Part shown: in pieces, positions 20,029-28,532 of the stretch
How positions within the stretch are numbered: position 1 is the first letter of the stretch
Layout: the number at the start of each line of letters is the position of its first letter
Assembly (NCBI GenBank): GCA_903909555.1
Contig: CAIVWG010000006.1
Span: forward strand, 1-56,073
Direction of reading: 5' to 3'
Length of the DNA stretch: 56,073 bases
From: an uncultured bacterium
GTDB lineage: Bacteria; Actinomycetota; Actinomycetes; S36-B12
The notes under the pieces: model-generated
The model's input: only the letters and a program-made list of their open reading frames with translations
Databases searched by the model: none
Told to the model about the DNA's origin: nothing
Position numbers and translations under genes: made by a program

Positions 20029-20187
20029 CCTGCATGCCCCCACGTCTCGTCGACGCGGGGGACTCGACGCGCCTCATGGCCGTGGCGTCTCCTGCCCTCG
20101 CTAGGGCGCGTTCCCCGAGGAGATTTCCCCGAGAGGGCGCGCACCGCCTGGCGGGCCCCGGCCCCGTCCTCGGTCTAGGGTGGGGAC

Positions 20188-20388
20188 ATGAGCACGCAGG
20201 GATCGGAGAGCCAGCGTCACGTCTCGCGCGCCGAGGACGAGGAGATCGAGGTCGCCGCCCCCCAGGCGCGCGAAAGCCGTGACGAACTCGATGCCGACGT
20301 CGACGCGATCCTCGACGAGATCGACGAGGTCCTCGAGGAGAACGCGGAGGACTTCGTGAAGTCCTTCGTGCAGAAGGGCGGGCAGTGA
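20188..20388 (+). CDS. pup: Prokaryotic ubiquitin-like protein
   Basis: 66 aa, acidic, ending in FVQKGGQ. Confidence 0.95.
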   Translation: MSTQGSESQRHVSRAEDEEIEVAAPQARESRDELDADVDAILDEIDEVLEENAEDFVKSFVQKGGQ

Positions 20389-21227
20389 CGCCGACGCCGG
20401 GCAGCGGACGCCTGCCGGGATCGTTCATGGCCCCGGGATCGGCGTCGTTCGCGGAGTTCCTCGTCGCCCTGCGCGGAGAGTCCCCGCTTCCCGCGACCGG
20501 GACGGTGGGGGAGGTTCCCCACGCGACCACCATCGTGGCGCTCACCTGGCAGGGCGGCGTCCTCATGGCGGGGGATCGACGCGCCACCATGGGCAACGTC
20601 ATCGCCCAGCGCGACATCGAGAAGGTGTTCCCGGCCGACGAGCATTCCGTCGTGGGCATTGCCGGCGCTGCCGGCATCGCGGTCGAGCTGGTGCGGCTGT
20701 TCCAGGTCGAGCTGGAGCACTACGAGAAGATCGAGGGCATTCCACTCTCCCTCGATGGCAAGGCGAACCGCCTCGCGTCCCTCCTGCGCAGCAACCTCGG
20801 CCTCGCCATGCAGGGCCTCGCGGTCGTGCCGCTGTTCGGTGGCTTCGATCTCGACCAGGGCCGCGGGCGGATCTTCTCCTACGACGTCACCGGCGGACGC
20901 TACGAGGAGCGCGACCACCACGCGGTGGGCTCGGGCTCGATGTTCGCGCGGGGATCGCTGAAAAAGCTGTACCGACCGGACATGTCCGCGGACGACGCCC
21001 TCACCGCGGCGATCGAGGCGCTGTACGACGCCGCCGACGACGACTCCGCGACCGGCGGCCCCGATCTCACCCGGCGGATCTTCCCCGTGGTCGCCCTGGT
21101 CGACTCCGACGGCGTGCGCATCATGGCCGAGTCCGATATGCAGCCCGTGGTGGAGCGCGTCGTCCGGGCCCGCTACGCCAACCCGGACGGCCCGGTGGCG
21201 ACGCTGCCGGCGGGTGATGCACGATGA
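20385..21227 (+). CDS. prcB: 20S proteasome beta subunit
   Basis: A propeptide is followed by the TTIVAL active-site threonine. The start overlaps the pup stop codon (GTGA). Confidence 0.95.
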   Translation: MTPTPGSGRLPGSFMAPGSASFAEFLVALRGESPLPATGTVGEVPHATTIVALTWQGGVLMAGDRRATMGNVIAQRDIEKVFPADEHSVVGIAGAAGIAVELVRLFQVELEHYEKIEGIPLSLDGKANRLASLLRSNLGLAMQGLAVVPLFGGFDLDQGRGRIFSYDVTGGRYEERDHHAVGSGSMFARGSLKKLYRPDMSADDALTAAIEALYDAADDDSATGGPDLTRRIFPVVALVDSDGVRIMAESDMQPVVERVVRARYANPDGPVATLPAGDAR

Positions 21228-21976
21228 CCGTCCCCTTCTACGTCTCGCCCGAGCAGATCATCAAGGACAAGGCCGACTTCGCGCGCAAGGGCATCGCCAA
21301 GGGCCGCAGCGTGGTCGTCCTGCAGTACGACGGTGGAATCCTCTTCGTGGCGGAGAACCCCTCGCGGGCCCTGCACAAGATCTCCGAGATCTACGACCGC
21401 ATCGCCTTCGCGGCGGTGGGCAAGTACAACGAGTTCGAGAACCTCAGGGTGGCCGGCGTTCGGCTCGCCGACCTGCGGGGCTACTCGTACGACCGGCGTG
21501 ACGTCACGGGGCGCAGCCTCGCGAATGCATACGCGCAGACCCTGGGCGCGATCTTCAGCGAGACGCCGAAGCCCTACGAGGTCGAGATCGTCGTCGCGGA
21601 GGTCGGTCGCATCCCGGAGGACGACCAGATGTATCGCCTCACCTTCGACGGGTCCGTGGCCGATGAGCAAGGGTATGTCGCGATGGGCGGGCAGGCCGAG
21701 GAGATCGCCACGGCGCTGGGGGAGTCCTGGGCGCCCGGGCTCTCGCTGCGGGACGCCCTCACCTCGGCGGTCGCTGCCCTCGCGGCCGGCGCCACGGACC
21801 GGGATCCCCCGGGCCCGGCGCAGCTCGAGGCTGCGATTCTCGAGCGCGACAGGCCGCGACGAGCCTTCCGTCGCCTCCCGACCGCGCGGCTCGCCGAACT
21901 CCTCGGAGAGCCGGTCCCGGGTCCGCCCCCTGCCGGGGTCGCCGAGTCGCCCGACTCGCCCGGCGTGGAGGGGTGA
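21224..21976 (+). CDS. prcA: 20S proteasome alpha subunit
   Basis: [24 protein letters not shown] is the typical PrcA N-terminus. It has a 4-nt overlap with prcB. Confidence 0.95.
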   Translation: MTVPFYVSPEQIIKDKADFARKGIAKGRSVVVLQYDGGILFVAENPSRALHKISEIYDRIAFAAVGKYNEFENLRVAGVRLADLRGYSYDRRDVTGRSLANAYAQTLGAIFSETPKPYEVEIVVAEVGRIPEDDQMYRLTFDGSVADEQGYVAMGGQAEEIATALGESWAPGLSLRDALTSAVAALAAGATDRDPPGPAQLEAAILERDRPRRAFRRLPTARLAELLGEPVPGPPPAGVAESPDSPGVEG

Positions 21977-23352
21977 GACCGGTGGACCGTCGCATCTTCG
22001 GCCTGGAGACCGAGTACGGCGTGACCTGCACCTTCCGGGGACAGCGCCGGCTCAGCCCTGACGAGGTGGCGCGGTATCTCTTCCGGCGCGTCGTGTCCTG
22101 GGGACGCAGCAGCAACGTCTTCCTGCGCAACGGCTCCCGGCTCTACCTCGACGTGGGCAGCCATCCGGAGTACGCCACGGCGGAGTGCGACGACCTCGTC
22201 CAGCTGATCACCCATGATCGCGCGGGGGAGCGGATCCTCGAGGGACTCCTCGTCGACGCGGAGCGGCGCCTCCACGAGGAGGGCATCGCCGGCGACATCT
22301 ACCTGTTCAAGAACAACACCGACAGCGCCGGCAACTCCTACGGCTGTCACGAGAACTACCTGGTGTCCCGGCACGGGGAATTCCAGCGCATGGCCGATGC
22401 CATGCTGCCCTTCCTCGTGTCGCGCCAGATCATCTGCGGCGCCGGGAAGGTTCAGCAGACGCCCCGGGGAGCCGTCTACTGCGTCAGCCAGCGCGCCGAC
22501 CACATCTGGGAGGGCGTCTCGAGCGCCACGACCCGTTCGCGTCCCATCATCAACACCCGGGACGAGCCCCACGCCGACGCCGAGAGGTACCGCCGTCTCC
22601 ACGTCATCGTCGGCGACTCGAACATGAGCGAGACGACGACGCTGCTCAAGGTGGGCTCCGCGGACCTTGTGCTCAGGATGCTCGAGGCCGGCGTCGTCAT
22701 GCGCGACCTGACGCTGGAGAACCCCATCCGCGCCATCCGCGAGATCAGCCACGACCCGTCCGGTCGTCGTACGGTCCGCCTCGTCAACGGCCGCGAGCTC
22801 AGCGCGCTCGAGCTCCAGTCGGAGTACTTCGAGAAGGCGCGCGACTTCACCGATCGCCACGGCTTGTGCGACGACCCCGACTCCACCGTGAGCCGAGTGA
22901 TCTCGCTGTGGGAGCGGACCATCAAGGCCGTCGACACGCAGGACCTCGCCCTCATCGAGACCGACATCGACTGGGTCATCAAGTTGCGACTGGTGGAGCG
23001 CTACATGGCCAAGCACGGCCTGACGCTGTCCGACGCCCGCATCGCCCAGGTGGACCTCGCCTACCACGACATCACGCGCAGTCGCGGGCTCTACTACCTC
23101 CTCGAGCGACACGGTCGAGTCTCGCGCGTGGCACACGAGCCGGAGGTCTTCGAGGCGAAGTCGGTGCCTCCCCAGACGACCCGGGCCCGCCTGCGGGGCG
23201 AGTTCATCCGCCGTGCCCAGGAGCGACGCAGGGACTTCACGGTCGACTGGGTGCACCTCAAGCTCAACGACCAGGCCCAGCGCACGGTGCTGTGCAAGGA
23301 CCCCTTCACCAGCGTCGACGAGCGGGTCGAGCGTCTCATCGCCAGCATGTGA
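21973..23352 (+). CDS. pafA: Pup-protein ligase
   Basis: It has the GLETEYG N-terminus and is 459 aa. It has a 4-nt overlap with prcA. Confidence 0.9.
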   Translation: MRPVDRRIFGLETEYGVTCTFRGQRRLSPDEVARYLFRRVVSWGRSSNVFLRNGSRLYLDVGSHPEYATAECDDLVQLITHDRAGERILEGLLVDAERRLHEEGIAGDIYLFKNNTDSAGNSYGCHENYLVSRHGEFQRMADAMLPFLVSRQIICGAGKVQQTPRGAVYCVSQRADHIWEGVSSATTRSRPIINTRDEPHADAERYRRLHVIVGDSNMSETTTLLKVGSADLVLRMLEAGVVMRDLTLENPIRAIREISHDPSGRRTVRLVNGRELSALELQSEYFEKARDFTDRHGLCDDPDSTVSRVISLWERTIKAVDTQDLALIETDIDWVIKLRLVERYMAKHGLTLSDARIAQVDLAYHDITRSRGLYYLLERHGRVSRVAHEPEVFEAKSVPPQTTRARLRGEFIRRAQERRRDFTVDWVHLKLNDQAQRTVLCKDPFTSVDERVERLIASM

Positions 23353-23398
23353 GGCCGGGGTGCCGCTCGCGGAGCTGTCCAGGCCCTAGGGTGTTCTC

Positions 23399-23977
23399 AT
23401 GACCATGACCCCGCGCTGGGCCGTGCTGCCCGCTCTCGCCCTCGTCCTTGCCGCCTGCGGCGGGACCGACGCCGCGCCTGAGCGGAGCACGCCGTCGCAG
23501 GAGACCTGGGCGGTGTCGAACTGCGCGACCACGGGGGCGCCGGAGAGCGCGGCGGAGCCGCCCTCGGGCTCCGCGGTCGAGGACGGCGTATCCACGACCG
23601 CCGTGGTCGGCGAGGCGCCGTTGGTCGGGGTCTCCGGGACCGCCCAGCCCGCCTCGGGCCTCGTGACGCTGGACGTCGTGGAGGGCACGGGAGACGCCGT
23701 TCAGCCCGGGGCCACGGTCACCGTGGACTACTGCGGCATCGGCCTGGCCACGAAGACGCTCTTCGACTCGTCGTGGATGCGCGGCACCCCGGCGACGTTC
23801 CCGCTCGACGGGGTCATCCCCGGCTGGCAGGAGGGCATCCCGGGGATGAAGCCGGGCGGGCGACGCCTCCTGCTCATCCCCGGCGACCTCGCCTACGGCC
23901 CGAACCCGCCGCCCCAGAGCGGCATCGAACCGAACGAGACGCTCATCTTCGTCGTCGACATGCTCTCCAGCCCCTGA
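23399..23977 (+). CDS. FKBP-type peptidyl-prolyl isomerase, lipoprotein
   Basis: It has a signal peptide with a lipobox (LVLAAC|GG). The FKBP core is IPGWQEGIPGMKPGGRRLLLIPGDLAYG. Confidence 0.85.
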   Translation: MTMTPRWAVLPALALVLAACGGTDAAPERSTPSQETWAVSNCATTGAPESAAEPPSGSAVEDGVSTTAVVGEAPLVGVSGTAQPASGLVTLDVVEGTGDAVQPGATVTVDYCGIGLATKTLFDSSWMRGTPATFPLDGVIPGWQEGIPGMKPGGRRLLLIPGDLAYGPNPPPQSGIEPNETLIFVVDMLSSP

Positions 23978-24050
23978 GCCGACTGGCCCCGACCCCGCAC
24001 CCACCCCTGCGCGGCCCCCGCGGCCGCCGACCCCCGGCGAGAGGACGCAC

Positions 24051-24410
24051 GTGAGCGAGAAGCCCGACATCGACTTCATCGAGGGGCCGCCCCCCGAGGA
24101 GCTCGTCATCACCGACATCGTGGTCGGCGACGGCCCCGTGGCGAATCCCGGGGATCAGGTCCTCGTGCACTACGTGGGCGTCGACTTCGAGACCGGAGAG
24201 CAGTTCGATGCCTCCTGGGATCGCGGCGAGGCAATCCGCTTCCCGCTCGCGGGCCTCATCGCCGGGTGGCAGGAAGGCATCCCCGGCATGCGCGTCGGCG
24301 GGCGGCGTCAGCTCGTGATCCCTCCCGCCCTCGCCTACGGTGAGGCGGGATCTCACCGGCTGGCTGGGCGCACGCTCATCTTCGTCATCGACCTGCTCGA
24401 GGTCGGCTAG
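24051..24410 (+). CDS. FKBP-type peptidyl-prolyl isomerase (cytoplasmic)
   Basis: 119 aa with IAGWQEGIPGMRVGGRRQLVIPPALAYG. Confidence 0.88.
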   Translation: MSEKPDIDFIEGPPPEELVITDIVVGDGPVANPGDQVLVHYVGVDFETGEQFDASWDRGEAIRFPLAGLIAGWQEGIPGMRVGGRRQLVIPPALAYGEAGSHRLAGRTLIFVIDLLEVG

Positions 24411-24421
24411 ACCCCACGACG

Positions 24422-25381
24422 ATGGCCACGGACCGGACCGAGCGGCTGCTCAACCTCGTCCTGTGTCTGCTCGGCGCGCGTCAGCCCGTCGATCGCGGCC
24501 GGATCCGATCCGCCGTTCCCGGCTACTCCGAGTCGGCTTCCGACGAGGCCTTCGAGCGCATGTTCGAGCGCGACAAGGAAGAGCTGCGGGGGATGGGCAT
24601 CCCGCTCGACACGGTGGTCAATGCCCAGGGCGAGGTCGTGGGCTACCGGATCGACAGCCACGCGTACGCGCTGCCCGAGATCCCCGTGACCGCGGAGGAG
24701 ATCGCCGTCCTGGGCCTGGCCGCGCGAGCCTGGACCGAAGGGTCCCTGGAATCCGCCGCTCGATCGGCCGTGCGCAAACTCGAGGCCCTCGGCCCCGCCG
24801 GCGGCGAGGCCCCGGCGGGCTCCGGGCCGGATCTCGTGGGCGCGCCTCGCCCTGGCGATGGGGAGCTCCTCGCGATGTGGCGGGCGGTGCGCGAGCAGCG
24901 ACACGTGCGATTCACGTATCGCGCGCGCGGGCGGGACGTGCCGGAGGAGCGCGAGGTGGAGCCGTGGGGCACCGTCCACGACCGCGGCGCGTGGTACCTC
25001 GTGGGCTGGGACCGCGATCGCGGGGCCGAGCGTGCCTTCCGCCTGTCGCGCATCGAAGGGCGGGTCACCCTGTTGCCCCGCCGCGCCCCGACGGTCGCAC
25101 CGCGCCACGACCTGCCCGCCCCCGCGAGCGGCCTCGCCGACGCGGAACCCCTCGGCCGCGCCCACATCGAAGTGGACCCGGGGGAGGGCGCGCGCCTCCG
25201 CCGCGAGGCGGTCGACCGAAAGGGGGACACCATCGCGGTCGAGTTCTCCGACCTGGCGCTGCTCGCGAGCGATGTCGCGGCCCTGGGCAGTCGCGCGCGC
25301 GTGACCGACCCTCCCGAGGTCGTGGACGCGGTCGTCGCCCGCCTCATCGCCGCGCGCGACGCCCACGCGGAGGCGCCGTGA
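24422..25381 (+). CDS. pafB: HTH/WYL-domain transcriptional regulator PafB
   Basis: It has an N-terminal wHTH (TERLLNLVLCLL) and a WYL-type segment (RGAWYLVGWDRDRG), and lies downstream of pafA. Confidence 0.85.
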   Translation: MATDRTERLLNLVLCLLGARQPVDRGRIRSAVPGYSESASDEAFERMFERDKEELRGMGIPLDTVVNAQGEVVGYRIDSHAYALPEIPVTAEEIAVLGLAARAWTEGSLESAARSAVRKLEALGPAGGEAPAGSGPDLVGAPRPGDGELLAMWRAVREQRHVRFTYRARGRDVPEEREVEPWGTVHDRGAWYLVGWDRDRGAERAFRLSRIEGRVTLLPRRAPTVAPRHDLPAPASGLADAEPLGRAHIEVDPGEGARLRREAVDRKGDTIAVEFSDLALLASDVAALGSRARVTDPPEVVDAVVARLIAARDAHAEAP

Positions 25382-26334
25382 GCGTGTCGGCCCCCGCACG
25401 GCTGTCCCGGCTCCTCGCGCTCGTTCCGTGGCTCCAGCAGCACAGCGGAGTCTCCCTCGATGCCGCGGCCGAGCACTTCGGCGTGACGCCGACCGAGCTC
25501 GAGCGCGACCTGTGGCTGGTCATCTGCTGCGGCCTTCCGGGGCACGGGCCCGACCAGCTCATCGACATCCAGTTCTGGGACGACGGGATCATCCACGTCA
25601 TCGACGCCCAGACGCTCGAGCGGCCCCTCTCGCTCACCGGTGATGAGGTGGCGGCGCTTCTCATCGGCCTGCGCATGCTCGCCCAGGTGCCCGGAGAGCA
25701 CGACCGCGGGGCCCTGGCGTCCGTCACCGCGAAGCTGGAGCACGCGGGCTACGCCGTCCCGACGGGCCAGGCCAAGGTCGTCGACACGGTGGACGACGAC
25801 GTCCGGGCCGCTGTCGATGTGGCCCTCCGCGACGAGCGCGCCCTGCGCATCGAGTACCTCGGTGCCACACGCGATCAATTGACGACGCGCACCATCGACG
25901 TGCGCCGCGTGATCTCGCGCGAAGGCCATGCCTACCTGGACGCCTGGTGCCGCAGCGCGGGGGCTGAGCGCACGTTCCGCCTCGACCGGATCGTGTCCGC
26001 CGAGGTCCTCCTCGAGGCCCGCGCGCTCCCCTCGACGGACGAGACCGGTGAGCGAGGCGCCCGCCTCATCCCCGCGGACGCGTCGACCACGGTGCTCGTG
26101 GACTTCACCCCCGCGGGACGCTGGCTCCTCGACGTCCTGCGGGGCGACCTCGTCATCGACCTCGAGGACGGGGGAGGGACCCTGCGCGCCGACGTGGCCG
26201 ACCCCGCCTGGCTCATCCGGCTGGTCCTGGCCCAGGGAGGGGACCTCGTGGTGCGGGAGCCGGCGGACCTGCGCGCGGCCGTGCACGAGGCGGCCGAGGC
26301 CGCGCTGGCCCGCTACGGGCCCCGGGCTCGTTGA
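25378..26334 (+). CDS. pafC: HTH/WYL-domain transcriptional regulator PafC
   Basis: The GTG overlaps the pafB stop codon (GTGA). It has ARLSRLLALVPWL and a WYL-type segment (GHAYLDAWCRSAG). Confidence 0.85.
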   Translation: MSVSAPARLSRLLALVPWLQQHSGVSLDAAAEHFGVTPTELERDLWLVICCGLPGHGPDQLIDIQFWDDGIIHVIDAQTLERPLSLTGDEVAALLIGLRMLAQVPGEHDRGALASVTAKLEHAGYAVPTGQAKVVDTVDDDVRAAVDVALRDERALRIEYLGATRDQLTTRTIDVRRVISREGHAYLDAWCRSAGAERTFRLDRIVSAEVLLEARALPSTDETGERGARLIPADASTTVLVDFTPAGRWLLDVLRGDLVIDLEDGGGTLRADVADPAWLIRLVLAQGGDLVVREPADLRAAVHEAAEAALARYGPRAR

Positions 26335-26439
26335 CCCCCTGTCCCGTGCGCGGGCGGGGTAGCATGGCGGCGTCGAAGGGTCTCCTGACGACACGGGCGG
26401 GCGCACCGCCCCTTGGCGAACGCGGAAAGGCAGGTCGAG

Positions 26440-26721
26440 ATGCCCTACAACTTCAAGGGCTGGGAGATCCTCATCATCGTCGCCCTGATCGTCCTGCTCT
26501 TCGGGGCGAAGCGCCTGCCGGATGCCGCTCGCGGCCTCGGGCGCTCCCTGCGGATCTTCAAGTCCGAGACGAAAGGCCTCGCCGGCGACGCGTCCGCAGA
26601 GGCAGAGGACGCCACCACCGCGACTGCCCAGGCCGCCCCGGCCGCCCCGCCCGCGGCCCTGCCGGCCGCCGACGCCACGACGAGCGCGCCCCAGCCTCAG
26701 GCGGAGCGCACCGAGACCTGA
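26440..26721 (+). CDS. tatA: Sec-independent translocase TatA/E
   Basis: It has a TM helix plus [14 protein letters not shown]. An SD (GAAAGGCAGG) precedes ATG 26440. Confidence 0.9.
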   Translation: MPYNFKGWEILIIVALIVLLFGAKRLPDAARGLGRSLRIFKSETKGLAGDASAEAEDATTATAQAAPAAPPAALPAADATTSAPQPQAERTET

Positions 26722-26724
26722 TCG

Positions 26725-27588
26725 GTGGCCGCTCCACCCGACGCGGGACCATCCCGCAAGAAGGGCTCCTCGACCGACGGGGCGATGCCGCTCGTCGATC
26801 ATCTGCGTGAACTTCGCTCCCGGCTGGTCAAGTCCGGCATCGCCATCGCCGCGGGCATGGTCGTGGGCTGGATCTACTATCCGGCGATCTTCGCGTGGCT
26901 CTCGGAGCCCTTCCAGGGAGCGGTGGAGCAGGCCGAAGCCGAGGGACGCGCGGTTACCCTCGCTCTCACCGGCGTCGCCGACCCGTTCGTGCTGCAGATG
27001 CAGGTCGCCGCGGTCACCGGACTGCTCCTCTCGGCTCCCGTGTGGCTCTACCAGCTGTGGCGCTTCGTCACCCCCGGCCTCCACAAGCACGAGAAGCGCT
27101 GGGCCCTGGGATTCGTCGCGGTGGCCTTCCCGCTGTTCCTGGCCGGCGTCTACCTCGCCTACCGCGTCCTTCCGTTCGGCCTGGAGATCCTCCTCGGCTT
27201 CACGCCCGAGAACGTCGAGAACATCGTGTCGGTCGACCGCTACCTGTCGTTCTTCATTCGCACCGTCATCGTGTTCGGGGTGGGGTTCCTGCTGCCCCTC
27301 ATGCTGGTCCTGCTCAACTTCGCGGGCGTCCTCACCGGCAAGCGACTGCTGTCGTGGTGGCGATGGATCATCTTCGGCGTCTTCATCTTCGCCGCAATCG
27401 CGACGCCCACCGGGGATCCCATCAACCTGATCCTCCTCGCTGGGCCCATCCTGCTCCTCATGTGCATCGCCATCGGCGTGTGCATGCTCAATGATCGGCG
27501 CCGCGCCCGGCGGCGGGGTATCGAGCCTGACTACGACGACTGGAGCGATGACGAGGTCTCGCCCCTTCCGGAGGACGAGCAGGCGTGA
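26725..27588 (+). CDS. tatC: Sec-independent translocase TatC
   Basis: It has PLVDHLRELRSRL and six TM segments. The start may be a downstream ATG. Confidence 0.9.
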   Translation: MAAPPDAGPSRKKGSSTDGAMPLVDHLRELRSRLVKSGIAIAAGMVVGWIYYPAIFAWLSEPFQGAVEQAEAEGRAVTLALTGVADPFVLQMQVAAVTGLLLSAPVWLYQLWRFVTPGLHKHEKRWALGFVAVAFPLFLAGVYLAYRVLPFGLEILLGFTPENVENIVSVDRYLSFFIRTVIVFGVGFLLPLMLVLLNFAGVLTGKRLLSWWRWIIFGVFIFAAIATPTGDPINLILLAGPILLLMCIAIGVCMLNDRRRARRRGIEPDYDDWSDDEVSPLPEDEQA

Positions 27589-28532
27589 CAGCACCCGACG
27601 GTGCAGGGACGCCAGCGACATCCCCGGACCGCGTCACCCTGGTGGTCAATCCTGCGTCCGGCGCCGGCCGTGCGCGCCGGGTCGCCCCGGCATTCCTGGG
27701 ACGCCTGGCCGAGCACGGCATCCGCACCACGGTCGAGGTGAGCTCGAGCGCCGACGACCTTCGCGCCCGAGTGCGCCGCCTGCGCGAGGACGGCGCTCCC
27801 GTCGTCGCCGTCGCCGGAGGGGATGGCACCGTGCACCTGGCCATCCAGGAGCTCGCCGGCAGTGCCACGTCGTTCGCGCTGCTGCCGACCGGCACCGGTG
27901 ACGACAACGCCCGCACCCTCGGCCTGCCCCTGGGCGACCCGCGGGCGGCGGCCGACGTGGTGGCGCACGGCATTGACCGTGAGGTCGACCTCGCCCATGT
28001 GACCGCGGCCGACGGGACCCAGCGCTACTTCCTCGGGGTGCTCTCGGCGGGATTCGACTCGTTCGTGAACGAGCGCGCCAACGCCATGACGTGGCCCCGG
28101 GGGAAGGCGAAGTACGCCGCCGCCATCGTGGGAGAACTCAGGGTCTTCCGCCCGGTGAGATACGACGCCGACATCGACGGGAGGACGGTCGCCGACGGGG
28201 CCATGCTTGTCGCGGTGGGCAACGGACGCTCCTACGGCGGCGGGATGCTCATCTGCCCCGAGGCGGACGTGCACGACGGTGTCCTCGACGTGACCTGGCT
28301 GCAGGCGGTCGGCATCCCCACGTTCCTGCGAGCCTTCCCATCGGTCTTCCGCGGCACCCATGTCCAGCGTGGCGATGTCGCGACGTACCGGGGACGCAGC
28401 ATCCGCCTCAGCGCGGAGGGCCAGTTGGCGTACGCCGACGGCGAGCGCGTCGGGCCCCTGCCCATCGACATCCACGCCCTCCCCGCCGCGCTGCGGGTGA
28501 GGCTGCCGGGAGGCGCGCGTACCCTGGGCTGA
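27585..28532 (+). CDS. Diacylglycerol kinase catalytic-domain lipid kinase
   Basis: It has the GGDGT motif (VAGGDGTVH). It overlaps tatC by 4 nt (GTGA) and its TGA stop shares one nucleotide with the helY ATG (TGATG). Confidence 0.8.
   Translation: MTAPDGAGTPATSPDRVTLVVNPASGAGRARRVAPAFLGRLAEHGIRTTVEVSSSADDLRARVRRLREDGAPVVAVAGGDGTVHLAIQELAGSATSFALLPTGTGDDNARTLGLPLGDPRAAADVVAHGIDREVDLAHVTAADGTQRYFLGVLSAGFDSFVNERANAMTWPRGKAKYAAAIVGELRVFRPVRYDADIDGRTVADGAMLVAVGNGRSYGGGMLICPEADVHDGVLDVTWLQAVGIPTFLRAFPSVFRGTHVQRGDVATYRGRSIRLSAEGQLAYADGERVGPLPIDIHALPAALRVRLPGGARTLG

Noticed and set aside
17311-20043. 910-aa ORF on the minus strand, antisense to arc and dop
   Set aside because: It is a shadow ORF typical of high-GC DNA. 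Its translation is Arg/Gly/Ala/Pro-rich with no recognisable motifs. The plus strand encodes unmistakable ARC and Dop proteins.
24422-26334. WYL-domain proteins as possible phage-defence regulators
   Set aside because: Their position downstream of pafA and upstream of tatAC identifies them as the DNA-damage regulators PafB/PafC. No defence effector genes are adjacent.
24643-27621. 992-aa minus-strand ORF antisense to pafB, pafC, tatA and tatC
   Set aside because: It is a shadow ORF with low-complexity Arg/Gly/Pro-rich translation. The sense strand carries well-supported genes. The same reasoning applies to the long antisense ORFs at 10109-12028, 21574-23256, 36114-38099 and 49003-51336.
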